Shown: positions 44,704 to 57,406, counted from the stretch's first letter. The stretch is 64,000 nt of DNA from Dehalococcoidia bacterium (GCA_965216025.1 CBDCEX010000017.1:455189-519188); one strand, 5' to 3'. Program-made: numbers and translations. The notes: generated by a model not told the origin, from the sequence alone.

Positions 44704-45054
44704 TCAGTCGGACTCTCTGGCTTCCATCTGTTCTCTGATTTCCTGCAGGGTGCGTCCCCCGTACATCCAATACTGTGATCCCTGCAACCCCCAGTTGGAG
44801 TTCATTACCTTTTGGGCCGCAACTGATAGGGACATAATCTCGCCTTCGTATTCAACTCTTGCAGGTTTTTGATTCACGACTCTGCAGGTGATTTCCGGGT
44901 CTTTTACGAATTCGAGTATCTCCCCAACTTGTATATCCAACATCTCGAAGTTGAGACGTTCTGTCCGGGCTATCGCCCGGTTTACCGACACAGTATCTTC
45001 ATTGCCAGTGCTGGTGTCTATCTCTACCTGGTTTGTGACGTCCTCGACTTCCAC
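44704..45054 (-). CDS. DUF4357-like protein (normally the C-terminal partner domain of T5orf172 proteins)
   Basis: ...YEGEIMSLSVAAQKVMNSNWGLQGSQYWMYGGRTLQEIRE resembles the SxSxAA...G...W..G.TL signature. It starts with GTG immediately after an in-frame TAG. Confidence 0.45.
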   Translation of the reverse strand: MEVEDVTNQVEIDTSTGNEDTVSVNRAIARTERLNFEMLDIQVGEILEFVKDPEITCRVVNQKPARVEYEGEIMSLSVAAQKVMNSNWGLQGSQYWMYGGRTLQEIREQMEARESD

Positions 45055-45402
45055 CTACTTTATGACGGCGGCTGCGCGGTGGGGGTCAACGGTGAAGAAC
45101 TCCCGGCGCGGGTGGGACCTCTTGTCCCCGAAGGCCTCGAATAGTGATCTCTCCACCCTGGCCGGGTCTTCAACTCTTGCTGCGTAGTAACAGGTGAATG
45201 GGACTGGGACCGACGTGTCAAAGAGACTCTGCATTCTCTGGGTGAGGTTCTCGGTTCTTCCCAGCTTGATATATCCCGGCATGGCGGGATTCTCTAGGAC
45301 GTAGACTATTCCGGTGTTGCTTCCGGCCCCACTCGGCCTCGGTTCCGGGGCAGGTGTGTTGGGGGTGGAGTTGCTGGAATCAGGAGTCTGTGTCTCATTC
45401 AC
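45055..45402 (-). CDS. T5orf172 (MUG113, GIY-YIG-like) domain protein
   Basis: GIVYVLENPAMPGYIKLGRTENLTQRMQSLFDTSVPVPFTCYYAARVEDPARVERSLFEAF...REFFTV. The GTG start overlaps the hsdS TGA (GTGA at 45399-45402). Confidence 0.65.
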   Translation of the reverse strand: MNETQTPDSSNSTPNTPAPEPRPSGAGSNTGIVYVLENPAMPGYIKLGRTENLTQRMQSLFDTSVPVPFTCYYAARVEDPARVERSLFEAFGDKRSHPRREFFTVDPHRAAAVIK

Positions 45403-46656
45403 GGTTTGGCTTCTCGCACGTCTATTTTCCCGGTGACCACGTCGGCAATCAACCGGGTGCGGTATTCCTCCATCAGTGCTGTCTGGCGGCGGGAGCGGTT
45501 GATAGCCGTTTGAATGGACGCTGTCTCTTTCGAGGTACGGTCCATGATCTGAATCTTGCTGCTCTTTGGGCGGCACTGCAATGGCGATGCTCATCAGTCT
45601 GTCTTGGGTGAGCTTGGGTTGAGCTGCTCCAGAGATCCACGGTTTGTAGTCTATTCCCTCCAGCAGTCCAGCAAGGAACTCGAGATTCCCTCTCCGTGGC
45701 TTCAGTATGTGTGCATGATTGTTTACCCAAAACTTGCCTCGGGCGATTATTGCGAGAGGTAAGTTCCGAAGGACTAGATTTGCTCCGTCCTCCGCGATAA
45801 GCAACAACTCGTCCTTAAACAGGTATCCTTCAACATTGTCTATCACCCCGGAGGCGCCGTAATAGTCGTAATGCCGTATAGACATCGTCCTCCTCTCTGT
45901 AGCGCTCAGCGGGATTCTCTGGTGATTCAGGGAATAGAACTCGTTTTTGACTCTGGAGATGTCCCATTGTTCCGGCACGTCCCCCAGCCACTCCATCCCG
46001 GATGGCTTGAGCCGGACGTTGGGATCCAGGCCCCGGGTGACGGCCTGGTGGACCAGCGCCTGCCGCTCCTCCTCCAGCAGGGCGATGAGCCGCTCCTTGC
46101 CCGCGATGTAGCGCTGGATCTGCTCGTCGGCGTGGTCGAGGAACCGGACGATGGCGGTTTGTTCGTCGAGGGGTGGGAGTGGTTGCCGCAGGTTCCCTAT
46201 GAACTGCCAATCGGCCCTCGGCATCTTCGCCCCGAAGGTTGAGGCATCTATGGTGTCTATTACCTGCTTGGATCTGAGGAGTACTTCGAGGTAGGTGGGG
46301 AGCAGGTTGGAGGTATCGGCCCTGAGGACTAGAAATTCGCTGACGCAGACACCGGCTTGGTCCGGTCGGGTGACTTTTGCTAGGTAGGGACGCAGTTTTC
46401 CGAACAGTACGTCTCCCGGCTCGAACTGTTTTGCCTGGCTCTCGAAGTTAGTTCCGTTCCCGTCTGGGGTAATTTTGCCTGTCCAGCTTTCGACGTGTTC
46501 AAGTGCTATGTACGAGCTGCTGTGATCTTTGCCTTTAGCTGGTGCATTGATGTTGTCGGCATGCTCCTTCAGCCTTTCCGACCTCCAGTGTGCCGGAATA
46601 TCGCTTGCCCAGAGGGCGCCTGAGGGTTTGTAGCTGGAATATCTCTTGACCGCCAT
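45399..46656 (-). CDS. hsdS: Type I R-M specificity subunit, frameshifted near 45556-45566
   Basis: Two TRDs with conserved linkers (PLPPLDEQTAIVRFLD; AVPPKEQQ). The true C-terminus ..LMEEYRTRLIADVVTGKIDVREAKP is in a different frame (ORF 45399-45581). Confidence 0.85.
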
Positions 46657-46657
46657 G

Positions 46658-48817
<2,160 letters not shown>

Positions 48818-49455
48818 ACTCCTTTCTTCGGACTGAAACTCATTTTACATGAACGGGGCGTCGGAGATGTATTCTCCGGTGCCCCTGAGGTGCTACCTTG
48901 TTACTGTCCTAGCCGACATACCTCTGGTGACAATTCCTATTTTTTGTGCAAAGCCGTTTGAGCCATTGACTGATTCTCCATGTCTCACTTCTTGATCTCA
49001 AAGTTTTGGACTGCTAAGAACTAACTGGAGAGTATCCCAAAGAAAAATCCCCGCAGCAATTCGGGGGTTTTCATTTTCCCTATATGTCCGTGGGCTTTTA
49101 CCCTGGCTCCGCTCCTCTTTCTCTTTTTCCGATTGATATGGTCTCCGGGTGTCTCTCCTGGAATTTCTCCCATTCTCGGGGGCTGATCTCCTCGATGGAT
49201 TTCTTCCAGTCTCTGGAGAAGGTCTTCCGGGTTGTCCTCCCAGCAGACGGCCACCATGATGATTGTGGTCTCACCTTCCGGTGCCAGTCGGAGTGGATGC
49301 TGCCCAGTAGGAGCAGGTCTCGCTGAGGCTGAGCTTGAATATCCATCTCGTCGAATGGCTGTGTGCTTCTCTCCGGTTTTCCCTGTAGCCTATCAATAGT
49401 GTTGGCGATAAATCCCTTTTATACAAGTTCTTCCGTCGCAAGTGTCGGTTGAGGA

Positions 49456-50699
49456 CAGGGCCTTTTCATTCTCCTGCCTGGTAGGTAAAGCCCATCATGT
49501 CGAAAGCTTCGCTGAGATGGGCATTGTGGCGGCGTAGGGCAGCGGCTACGTTGGAATGCCCAGCCCGACGTACCAAGCTGATGACCGGGTTTCGCAGGCC
49601 CGCCAGCACCTGAGGGGCGGCCCCAGTGCGCACCTGAGAGCGGTCCTCGTCGAAGGTCACATCCCGTACCCAGTGGAGGCGGTTCTCGATGCCCCAGTGC
49701 CCACGGGAAAGGCTCAACAATCGCCTGGCATCGGCATCAGTGGCTGGGAGACTGCTAATTGCATAGCTCACAGCCACCTGTTTCTTGCCCTTCACGACCC
49801 GCTGGCGCTCTAGCCGACACACCTGTTGCAGATGCGGCCACGCTTCCCCGACCGTCCCAGCGCTGCCCACGTAGCCATTTAGCTCTGGGTCGGCCAAGGC
49901 CCACAACTCTCGCCGCTCCAGCCGCCCATGACGCCGCTTTACTGGAGCATCGGCCCAGACCGTCAGCTTGGCCCCGCGTGCTCGCCACTCCGCTGCCAGC
50001 CAGGGAGGTACGGTTGGGCCACCAGCCCTCTCAGTTCCTAGCAGGGGAAAAAGCCACCTCCAGGTCTCGGCGCAAGGTGGGCTGATTCTCTTTAACTGGC
50101 AGCAGATACTCTCCGCCGCCTGCCACAATCTGCTCACAGACTTTCCGTTGGGTCAGTAAGGCATCAGCCACTACTACCCGACCCTTCAGGGGTACCTGGC
50201 CCAATGCTTCTTTGACCGCCGCCAATTCTTCCCCTTTGCCCAGCGCGGCTAGCGTAGGCCGACACCAGATGGACCCCGGGTATCTCTTGGCCGTGGACCC
50301 CTCGCAAGGTTTTCCCGTCCAGGGACAGGGGGTCATCCGCCTCTACCCCGCTATTTGCCAGCCAGTTGCCGACTTCTGCCTCAAAGGCCGCCACGTCCAG
50401 GCCCTTGAACACCCGGTGGAGGGTGGCCACGCAGGGTGTCTTCTCCTGGCTGAACCCCAAAAGCTGCGCCGTAGCACCCCCTTGGTCCCGCCCCCATTGA
50501 GCTATGGCGTATAAGCTGCGGGCGCCGCACAGCATGGCACAGGTGGCCAAGGCCAGGATCGCCCCCAAAGAGTGGCGTCGCCCTTGGCTACTCCGGAAGT
50601 CAGGCACCAAATCCAGCGTTTCTCTCAAAGTCATCATCCTTCCCTCCCGCTTAAACTGGCAATAATTTTATACTATTTTGAGAAAATGAAAAGGCCCTG
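49456..50699 (-). mobile_element. ISAs1-family IS, copy 1 (carries a 29-bp internal deletion relative to copy 2)
   Basis: Ends CAGGGCCTTTTCATT... / ...AATGAAAAGGCCCTG. Transposase ORFs are 50164-50637 and 49466-50137. About 29 nt present at 52970-52998 in copy 2 are missing. Confidence 0.85.
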
Positions 50700-50869
50700 G
50701 CACTGGGTAGGGTAGCTTGGACGGGGAGCGTTAACCATGCTACCATCCATTCAACATTCCTTTACACCTTGGGAACTTCTACCCTCTGGAGGCCGAGTCC
50801 TTCGGCGAGGCTCCGGTCGGATTCCCAATTCGGCATGCCCATGATATTGGAGGTTTACGCAAAAATAAG

Positions 50870-52153
50870 ATGGAGCCATCCGATTTAGGGAAGCTAGCGC
50901 TTCTGGTTCTTTGCCTGGGATTATCCGCCTTTTTCTCCTCCTCAGAAACCGCCTTCATCGCCTTCCCCAGGTCCCGTCTGCTGCACCTGGTAAATATAGG
51001 CCACCAGAGGGCCAAGTTGGTATCCCGGCTGGTCCAGCGCCCCGAGCGGCTTTTAGCCACGGTCTTGCTGAGCAACAACCTGGTCAATACCGCCGCTGCC
51101 ACCCTGGGGACAGCCCTAACCATCGGGTTCCTGGGCAACTCTACCATCGCCGTCCTGGTTTCTACCTTGGGCGTCACCGCTCTGCTGCTGGTTTTCAGCG
51201 AAACCTTGCCCAAGACCGTGGCCTGGAACCGCCCGGAGAGAGTCGCCTTCACTTTTTCCCGCCCCCTGGCCCTGGTCGACTGGGTTCTAACCCCGGCCAC
51301 CTGGGGCCTGCAAAGATTAGCTAGGCTTTTCACCAAGCTCTTGGGTATCGCCGAGACTGCCTCACAGGTCAGCGAGCAAGAAATTCGAAGCCTGATCGCC
51401 GTAGGGGCCCAATCTGGGGAAATGGAGGCCAGGGAGGCGGCCCTGCTAGAAAAGGTTTTTAGGTTCGGCGACCAACAGGTCATGGATGTAATGACGCCTC
51501 GTCCCGAGATAGTCTGGGTGGAGCAAGGTACAACCCTGGAGAAGTTTCTGGCCATTTTTTCCAGGCAGCGGCACAACCAATTTCCGGTTTTCCTTGAGTC
51601 AACGGAAAATGTCACTGGAGTGCTTTCGGTGAAGGACGTACTTCTGGGGCTAGGGGAAGGCAAGCTGCGGGCGAAGGACAGCGTTACCTCCGAATTGAGA
51701 CCGGCCTACTTCGTTCCGGAAACCAAACCGGTGAGCGATACTTTTGAAGAGACGCAGCGAGGCGGCCACGGCATCGTTTTGGCCGTGGATGAGTTCGGCG
51801 GCATAGCCGGTTTAGCTACGTTGGAGCAGCTACTGGGGGTAATCGTCGGCACCGTGGACGAGGAAGGTGTGAACCCGGACCGACCTCTCGTCGCCGTTGA
51901 TCAGGACACCTTTTTGATCGATGCCGGGGTGGGCATCGCCGAGATCAACGACCAGCTAGCCTTGAACCTACCCGAGGGAGAATATCGGACGGTAGCCGGG
52001 TTCATATTGGACCGGCTGGGCCGCATACCCCAGGTTGGAGACGGTGTGGAATTTCAAGACGGGCAGTTGACCGTCAGGGTAATGGACCGAGTCAAAATTG
52101 AAGAGGTAGAAGTGCACCGCACCCGGGCCCGCGACCGGGTCGACTCGGAATGA
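50870..52153 (+). CDS. CNNM/CorC-HlyC family protein (DUF21 TM domain + CBS pair + CorC_HlyC)
   Basis: N-terminal DUF21 pattern LSAFFSSSETAF...LLSNNLVN, a CBS pair region, and C-terminal TVAGFILDRLGRIPQVGD...RVMDRVKIEEVEV. Confidence 0.9.
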   Translation: MEPSDLGKLALLVLCLGLSAFFSSSETAFIAFPRSRLLHLVNIGHQRAKLVSRLVQRPERLLATVLLSNNLVNTAAATLGTALTIGFLGNSTIAVLVSTLGVTALLLVFSETLPKTVAWNRPERVAFTFSRPLALVDWVLTPATWGLQRLARLFTKLLGIAETASQVSEQEIRSLIAVGAQSGEMEAREAALLEKVFRFGDQQVMDVMTPRPEIVWVEQGTTLEKFLAIFSRQRHNQFPVFLESTENVTGVLSVKDVLLGLGEGKLRAKDSVTSELRPAYFVPETKPVSDTFEETQRGGHGIVLAVDEFGGIAGLATLEQLLGVIVGTVDEEGVNPDRPLVAVDQDTFLIDAGVGIAEINDQLALNLPEGEYRTVAGFILDRLGRIPQVGDGVEFQDGQLTVRVMDRVKIEEVEVHRTRARDRVDSE

Positions 52154-52182
52154 ACCGCTTGGCCTCGCCCGGCCCACTAAGG

Positions 52183-53455
52183 CAGAGTCTTTTCATTCTC
52201 CTGCCTGGTAGGTAAAGCCCATCATGTCGAAAGCTTCGCTGAGATGGGCATTGTGGCGGCGTAGGGCAGCGGCTACGTTGGAATGCCCAGCCCGACGTAC
52301 CAAGCTGATGACCAGGTTCCGCAGGCCCGCCAGAACCTGTGGGGCGGCCCCAGTGCGCACCTGAGAGCGGTCCTCGTCGAAGGTCACATCCCGTACCCAG
52401 TGGAGGCGGTTCTCGATGCCCCAGTGCCCACGGGAAAGGCTCAACAATCGCCTCGCATCGGCATCAGTGGCTGGGAGACTGCTAATTGCATAGCTCACAG
52501 CCACCTGTTTCTTGCCCTTCACGACCCGCTGGCGCTCTAGCCGACACACCTGTTGCAGATGCGGCCACGCTTCCCCGACCGTCCCAGCGCTGCCCACGTA
52601 GCCATTTAGCTCTGGGTCGGCCAAGGCCCACAACTCTCGCCGCTCCAGCCGCCCATGACGCCGCTTTACTGGAGCATCGGCCCAGACCGTCAGCTTGGCC
52701 CCGCGTGCTCGCCACTCCGCTGCCAGCCAGGGAGGTACGGTTGGGCCACCAGCCCTCTCAGTTCCTAGCAGGGGAAAAAGCCACCTCCAGGTCTCGGCGC
52801 AAGGTGGGCTGATTCTCTTTAACTGGCAGCAGATACTCTCCGCCGCCTGCCACAATCTGCTCACAGACTTTCCGTTGGGTCAGTAAGGCATCAGCCACTA
52901 CTACCCGACCCTTCAGGGGTACCTGGCCCAATACTTCTTTGACCGCCGCCAATTCTTCCCCTTTGCCCGGCGCAGCTACCTGCGCCAGCACTGCCCCAGC
53001 GCGGCTAGCGTAGGCCGACACCAGATGGACCCCGGGTATCTCTTGGCCGTGGACCCCTCGCAAGGTTTTCCCGTCCAGGGACAGGGGGTCATCCGCCTCT
53101 ACCCCGCTATTTGCCAGCCAGTTGCCGACTTCTGCCTCAAAGGCCGCCACGTCCAGGCCCTTGAACACCCGGTGGAGGGTGGCCACGCAGGGTGTCTTCT
53201 CCTGGCTGAACCCCAAAAGCTGCGCCGTAGCACCCCCTTGGTCCCGCCCCCATTGAGCTATGGCGTATAAGCTGCGGGCGCCGCACAGCATGGCACAGGT
53301 GGCCAAGGCCAGGATCGCCCCCAAAGAGTGGCGTCGCCCTTGGCTACTCCGGAAGTCAGGCACCAAATCCAGCGTTTCTCTCAAAGTCATCATCCTTCCC
53401 TCCCGCTTAAACTGGTAATAATTTTATACTATTTTGAGAAAATGAAAAGGCTCTG
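52183..53455 (-). mobile_element. ISAs1-family IS, copy 2
   Basis: Near-identical to copy 1, in the same orientation. Ends CAGAGTCTTTTCATT... / ...AATGAAAAGGCTCTG. Confidence 0.85.
52193..53393 (-). CDS. ISAs1-family transposase in two overlapping frames
   Basis: N-terminal LVPDFRSSQGRRHSL (DDE_Tnp_1_assoc type), VVADALLTQ, GGEYLLPVKENQ, HGRLERRE and HWGIENRLHWVRDVTFDED. The frame change is at a G4A5 run (52771-52780), and copy 1 has the same change. Confidence 0.85.
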
Positions 53456-53460
53456 ACTAC

Positions 53461-53535
53461 CTGGGCGGCGTACCTCGTCGCTGCTTGTATGACAACGCCG
53501 AGGTGGTGACCCTGGGCCGGGACGCAGTCTGGTAA
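53461..53535 (+). pseudogene. IS21 IstA internal fragment (~24 codons)
   Basis: LGGVPRRCLYDNAEVVTLGRDAVW* resembles the ..P..lyDN.k..v.. segment of IstA. It abuts the ISAs1 copy 2 end. Confidence 0.3.
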
Positions 53536-53781
53536 AGTATGGAGACGTTTTCCGGCGACCCAATAAGCACATTAATCCTCATTTCAGTTCGTTTTCTCCA
53601 TGGAACAATTCATTGCCCGTCGATGAAGAGGATGAACTTGAACATGAGGACGATACCAATGAGATTGATGGTGCCGGCGGCGCAGGATTAACCCAACCAT
53701 TACTCTCAAGGTTAACTTTTGCAATTTGCGTTCCGGGATCTTTAGGGATCCTCTAAAGTTATACAGGAGCAACGAAACGGT

Positions 53782-54387
53782 ATGGTCTCTTTTGAAAAGC
53801 ATGGTCGCGGCAGCGATCGCTGGACGGCTATTAAGATGGCTAAGGATTGGGTGTCCAAGGACTTTGCGATCTTGGATACCGAGACCACAGGCTTGGGCCC
53901 CCACGCCCGCATAGTTGAAATCTCCTGCATCGACCGGGACGGCAATGTCCTGGTGGACTCCCTCGTTAATCCGGGAATTCCCATCCCTGCAGATGCTGAG
54001 GCAATTCACGGGATATCAGACGCCGATGCGGTCGATAAACCCTCTTTTCCGGCGCTCTGGCCCATGGTGTGGAATGCGGTCTGTGATGTGGAATGTGTCC
54101 TGATCTACAACGCTGCCTACGATTGTCGATTAATGCGTCAATCCCTTGAGGGCCGCAAGACCGCCATTGCTCAAGCCGAGCAACTCACCTGCGGGTGCGT
54201 AATGGAACTCTACGCTCAGTTTTATGGGCAATACAGCGAGCATCATGGTTCGTACACATGGCAGAAACTGGTGCGCGCCGTAAGCCAATGCGGACTGCAG
54301 ATGGAGGGTTCAGCCCACCGGGCCCTTGCCGACACACGGGCATCCTTGGCCGTTCTCAATTATATGGCAGCGCTGGCAAGTGAATGA
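53782..54387 (+). CDS. DEDDh 3'-5' exonuclease (DnaQ/epsilon-like)
   Basis: ExoI FAILDTETTGL, ExoII IYNAAYDCRLM, ExoIII HRALADTRA. Confidence 0.8.
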   Translation: MVSFEKHGRGSDRWTAIKMAKDWVSKDFAILDTETTGLGPHARIVEISCIDRDGNVLVDSLVNPGIPIPADAEAIHGISDADAVDKPSFPALWPMVWNAVCDVECVLIYNAAYDCRLMRQSLEGRKTAIAQAEQLTCGCVMELYAQFYGQYSEHHGSYTWQKLVRAVSQCGLQMEGSAHRALADTRASLAVLNYMAALASE

Positions 54388-54994
54388 CCGGGGTCATTGG
54401 GCTCTGGTGGGCGCCAGGTCAGTCGCCGGCAAGACCTGGGAGACCTTCGAGCACGACCGTGTGCCCTTGGCTCTGCAACAGCAACTGGGCGAGTTGGCCA
54501 GCGGCAGCTTCGTCGACCGCGGCGTCAACGTGCTGGCCTTCGGACTGCCCGGCACCGGCAAGACCCATACACTGTGCGCCGTGGGCCACCGGCTGGTGGA
54601 GTCGGGCAGGTCGGTCCTCTTCGCCCCGGCCTACAGGCTGGTGCAGGACCTGCTGGCCGCCAAGCGCGACCTCTCGCTGCCGCGACAATTACGAAAGCTC
54701 GACAACTACGATTTCCTGCTGCTGGACGACCTGGGGTACCTGCCCCAAGGGGCCGAAGAGTCCAAGGTGCTCTTCACGCTCATCGCCGAACGCTACGAGC
54801 GCCGGTCCCTGGGCATCACATCCAACCTGGTCTTCTCCCAGTGGGAGCACATCTTCGCCAACCCAATGGCCACGGCGGCGGCCATCGACCGGGTGGTCCA
54901 CCACTCGGTCATCCTTGAATTCGACGTGCCCAGCTACCGCACCGGAGTGGCCCAGCGGCGTGGTCAGAAACAGGGGGTGAACCGGCAAGAATAA
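54326..54994 (+). pseudogene. istB: IS21 IstB helper ATPase, lacking its N-terminal ~70 codons
   Basis: KTWETFEHD.., Walker A GLPGTGKTH, Walker B LLLDDLGY, TSNLVFSQWEHIF, DRVVHHSVILEF..SYR. The upstream part of the ORF is unrelated sequence. Confidence 0.8.
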
Positions 54995-55030
54995 TCGACG
55001 CCAACCGGCAAAAGTAGTTGACGCTGAACA

Positions 55031-55114
55031 GCACTACTGGGCCATATAAGACTGGAATACGTCTGCTTGGCGTAGCGCGAAACCCGGCCAATGGCTTTCC
55101 GGCCAGACCTCTAG
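55031..55114. mobile_element. MITE half-copy C (one arm only)
   Basis: ..GCCATATAAGACTGGAATACGTCTGCTTGGCGTAGCGCGAAACCCGGCCAATGGCTTTCCGGCCAGACCTCTAG matches one arm of copies A and D. Confidence 0.6.
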
Positions 55115-55366
55115 GCTGCCTCTCGCATCTCCGATATCCGGGCATTTCTAGGCATTCCCCTTCTTCCGGGTCCCCTCCTTGAGTCCTTCGACGCAGAGAA
55201 CGTCCCGATCTGCCCCGGTTACGGGCCGGGACGAGGCTCCGCGGCCCGTGAGCGGGGTTGTCGTCAGAAGATGCGGGTTTGACCGGAGGCCTGCTCCCTT
55301 TTCTGGGCAGCTCTCTCCCTGGCCTGCTTTTGGTACTCCCGGTGGCGCTTGGAGCAGGTCTGGCAC

Positions 55367-55601
55367 CGGGTCTCGGCCGGGATGGGGGGAACCCCGGTGC
55401 CGTCTGGATTTGCGCCGTAATATTCGGGTCTATCCCCGCGTGGGCGGGGGAACCCCTAATATTCGGGGCGTGGGCGGGGGAATGCCGTCTGGATTTGCGC
55501 CGAAGATATTCGGGTCTATCCCCGCGTGGGCGGGGGAACCTTTCTGGCGGCAGCCCAATCCACGCATCCATACGGTCTATCCCCGCGTGGGCGGGGGAAC
55601 C
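55367..55601 (-). CRISPR. Type I-E CRISPR mini-array 1: 3 intact 29-nt repeats, 1 internally deleted repeat and 1 degenerate terminal repeat
   Basis: Plus-strand repeat (C/G)GGTCTATCCCCGCGTGGGCGGGGGAACC at 55426-55454, 55512-55540 and 55573-55601, which is the reverse complement of I-E-type repeats. There are 32-nt spacers, and an AT-rich leader-like sequence at 55602-55700. Confidence 0.85.
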
Positions 55602-55820
55602 AGATACAAAAGGGGCGTACATAAGGGAATTATCAAGAAAGGTTGATAAAGCATTTCCTTGCGGTTAGGGTAACACTGCCACAGTAGGCCAACCCCAAAG
55701 GAACCAACAAGGGGGTAGACGCGATGGCCTCCCTAGCCGCCTGGAGATTGGTTCCTTTAAGATTGTTGGAAACCTACTGTGGTGGTAAGCCTATCCTATC
55801 GCCGCAAGGGGAGTTCCCTC

Positions 55821-56727
55821 ATGCAACCATCACGTCCAGCGTTCCTATGGGTCATATTACCTCTCCTATCCGCCCTTATCCGCCCTTATCCTGTCCACGG
55901 CCTGCGGCTCTGAACCAGACGATTCTACTCCCCTGCAAGTCTCTACCCCGGCCCTCATTCCTCCAGCAACACCAAGGCCCACCAATACACCGAGACCGAG
56001 ACCGAGACCGAGACCGACACTAACCCCAATCGCTACACCCATACCCAGCCCAACGCCAACGCTTGCACCCACGTCAAAGCCACGTCCTTCGCCAACGCCT
56101 ACCCGGCCAGTGCCTTCCCCTACCCCTTCCCCTACCCCGGACGGCCCATTGATGTCAGTCGAGGAATGTTCCCAGGTTATAGAGGCTTATATGGCTGAGA
56201 ACATAGAGGACATAATTCTGTCGGCCACTGACAATCCTATGTCGTTCCGGTACTGGATAGAGAATTCTAAGCGCACTCCCGCTTACAGGCTGCATTTCAA
56301 GACATACACCGGCTTCGGGGATAAGCCAACGCATCACGAGGTGCTAGAAGTCTGGCCGGAAAGCCATTGGCCGGGTTTTACGCTACGCCAATCAGACGTA
56401 TTCCAGTCTTATGCGGCACAGTAGTACATGTATTACGTTGAAACACCCGCTATTTCATCGATAATCGACGTTATGAAAACGACGGTTTGGGGAGAATCGA
56501 GGTTTCCGGCCAGATTTCTAGGCAGTGTCTTGGTCCACTGGTGGGACAACACCACCAGAAATTTGTACGTGGCATTTTACCCGCACGCCGTATCCTATCT
56601 GCCCATCAACAATCCAACATACTTTTTTAGGAAGATAGGCGAATATGGCGCTTTTGAATACAACTCAACCGGTTGGGCCGATTGCGGTTCAGTGGGCTCC
56701 CTACTTCGGCGGACCAGAACCGATTGA
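55821..56727 (+). pseudogene. Pro/Thr-rich putative lipoprotein, disrupted by a 10-bp tandem duplication and a MITE
   Basis: MQPSRPAFLWVILPLLSALI. TATCCGCCCT occurs twice at 55867-55886. With one copy the frame reads ..LSTACGSEPDD..PRPRPRPRP..ECSQVIEAYMAEN... MITE copy D splits the C-terminal domain. Confidence 0.5.
56344..56521. mobile_element. 178-bp MITE, copy D
   Basis: CTAGAAGTCTGGCCGGAAAGCC...GGTTTCCGGCCAGATTTCTAG. Diverged relative to copies A and B. Confidence 0.85.
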
Positions 56728-57031
56728 GTACCGTCTTCATCAGGTGTGGTTCGTGGACACGGAAAACCCAACAGGGATTGTTGAGATTGAGCAATAGCAA
56801 GAAGTAAAGCCCTCGCGATTGCGGGGGCTTTTTGTGTTGGCAGGATTCTCTGTGTGGGTTAGGCTGGCGGGGCGGGCCTTTCTTCGGTGAACTCCCGCCC
56901 TTCTTCTAACCCCGAATCCACCGAAGGAGGGCGTCGGGTCAGCGACGTGAAGCGGTAAGAAGGTGCTCCTGCGCTTCTGGGATAATGGTTTTGAAACAGA
57001 AAACCGACCCCAGAAAGGGAGCACCCAATAG

Positions 57032-57343
57032 ATGCTGCCACGCCACCACCCCGACCGCATCCGCATCGCCTTCGACGACCACCGCCTGGTTACCAATGCC
57101 GGGCTGATCCTTCCGGCCACCCTGGCCTTGCACCTGGGCCTACCCCAACTGGTTGACCGGCGCCTGGACCTGGGGCGCGCCCCAGGTCCAGCCTTTCTGT
57201 TGTCCGTCTGGACAGGGCATTATCGACGCCCATCAGGTGCTCTCATCACGCAGATCTCGGGCTGCGAAGCCTTGGTCCTACAGTACGGCGCGGACTGCAT
57301 CACCAGCGTAGTTGCCGAACTGCGCCAAGAACCGCGGCGTTGA
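57032..57343 (+). pseudogene. IS1380-family transposase, N-terminal fragment
   Basis: IRIAFDDHRLVTNAGLILPATLALHLGLPQLVDRRLDLGRAPG matches the IS1380 N-terminus. Similarity is lost thereafter. Confidence 0.55.
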
Positions 57344-57406
57344 AGTGCGGGCTATAGCTGGGCGGTGTGACACTCGCGACGCGCCAGCGGGGCGTTCGCT
57401 CTGCGG

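Noticed and set aside
49021-49346. Two overlapping minus-strand ORFs (78 and 82 aa) upstream of ISAs1 copy 1, considered as a small antitoxin-like gene (..DWKKSIEEISPREWEKFQE..).
   Set aside because: There is no recognisable fold signature and the reading frame is ambiguous. It may be a remnant.
54909-55668. ORFs of 237, 155 and 136 aa covering 54909-55668.
   Set aside because: They are translations of the CRISPR repeats (recurring SPAHAGID / IPAWAGEP peptides), the MITE half-copy and the IstB tail. They are not genes.
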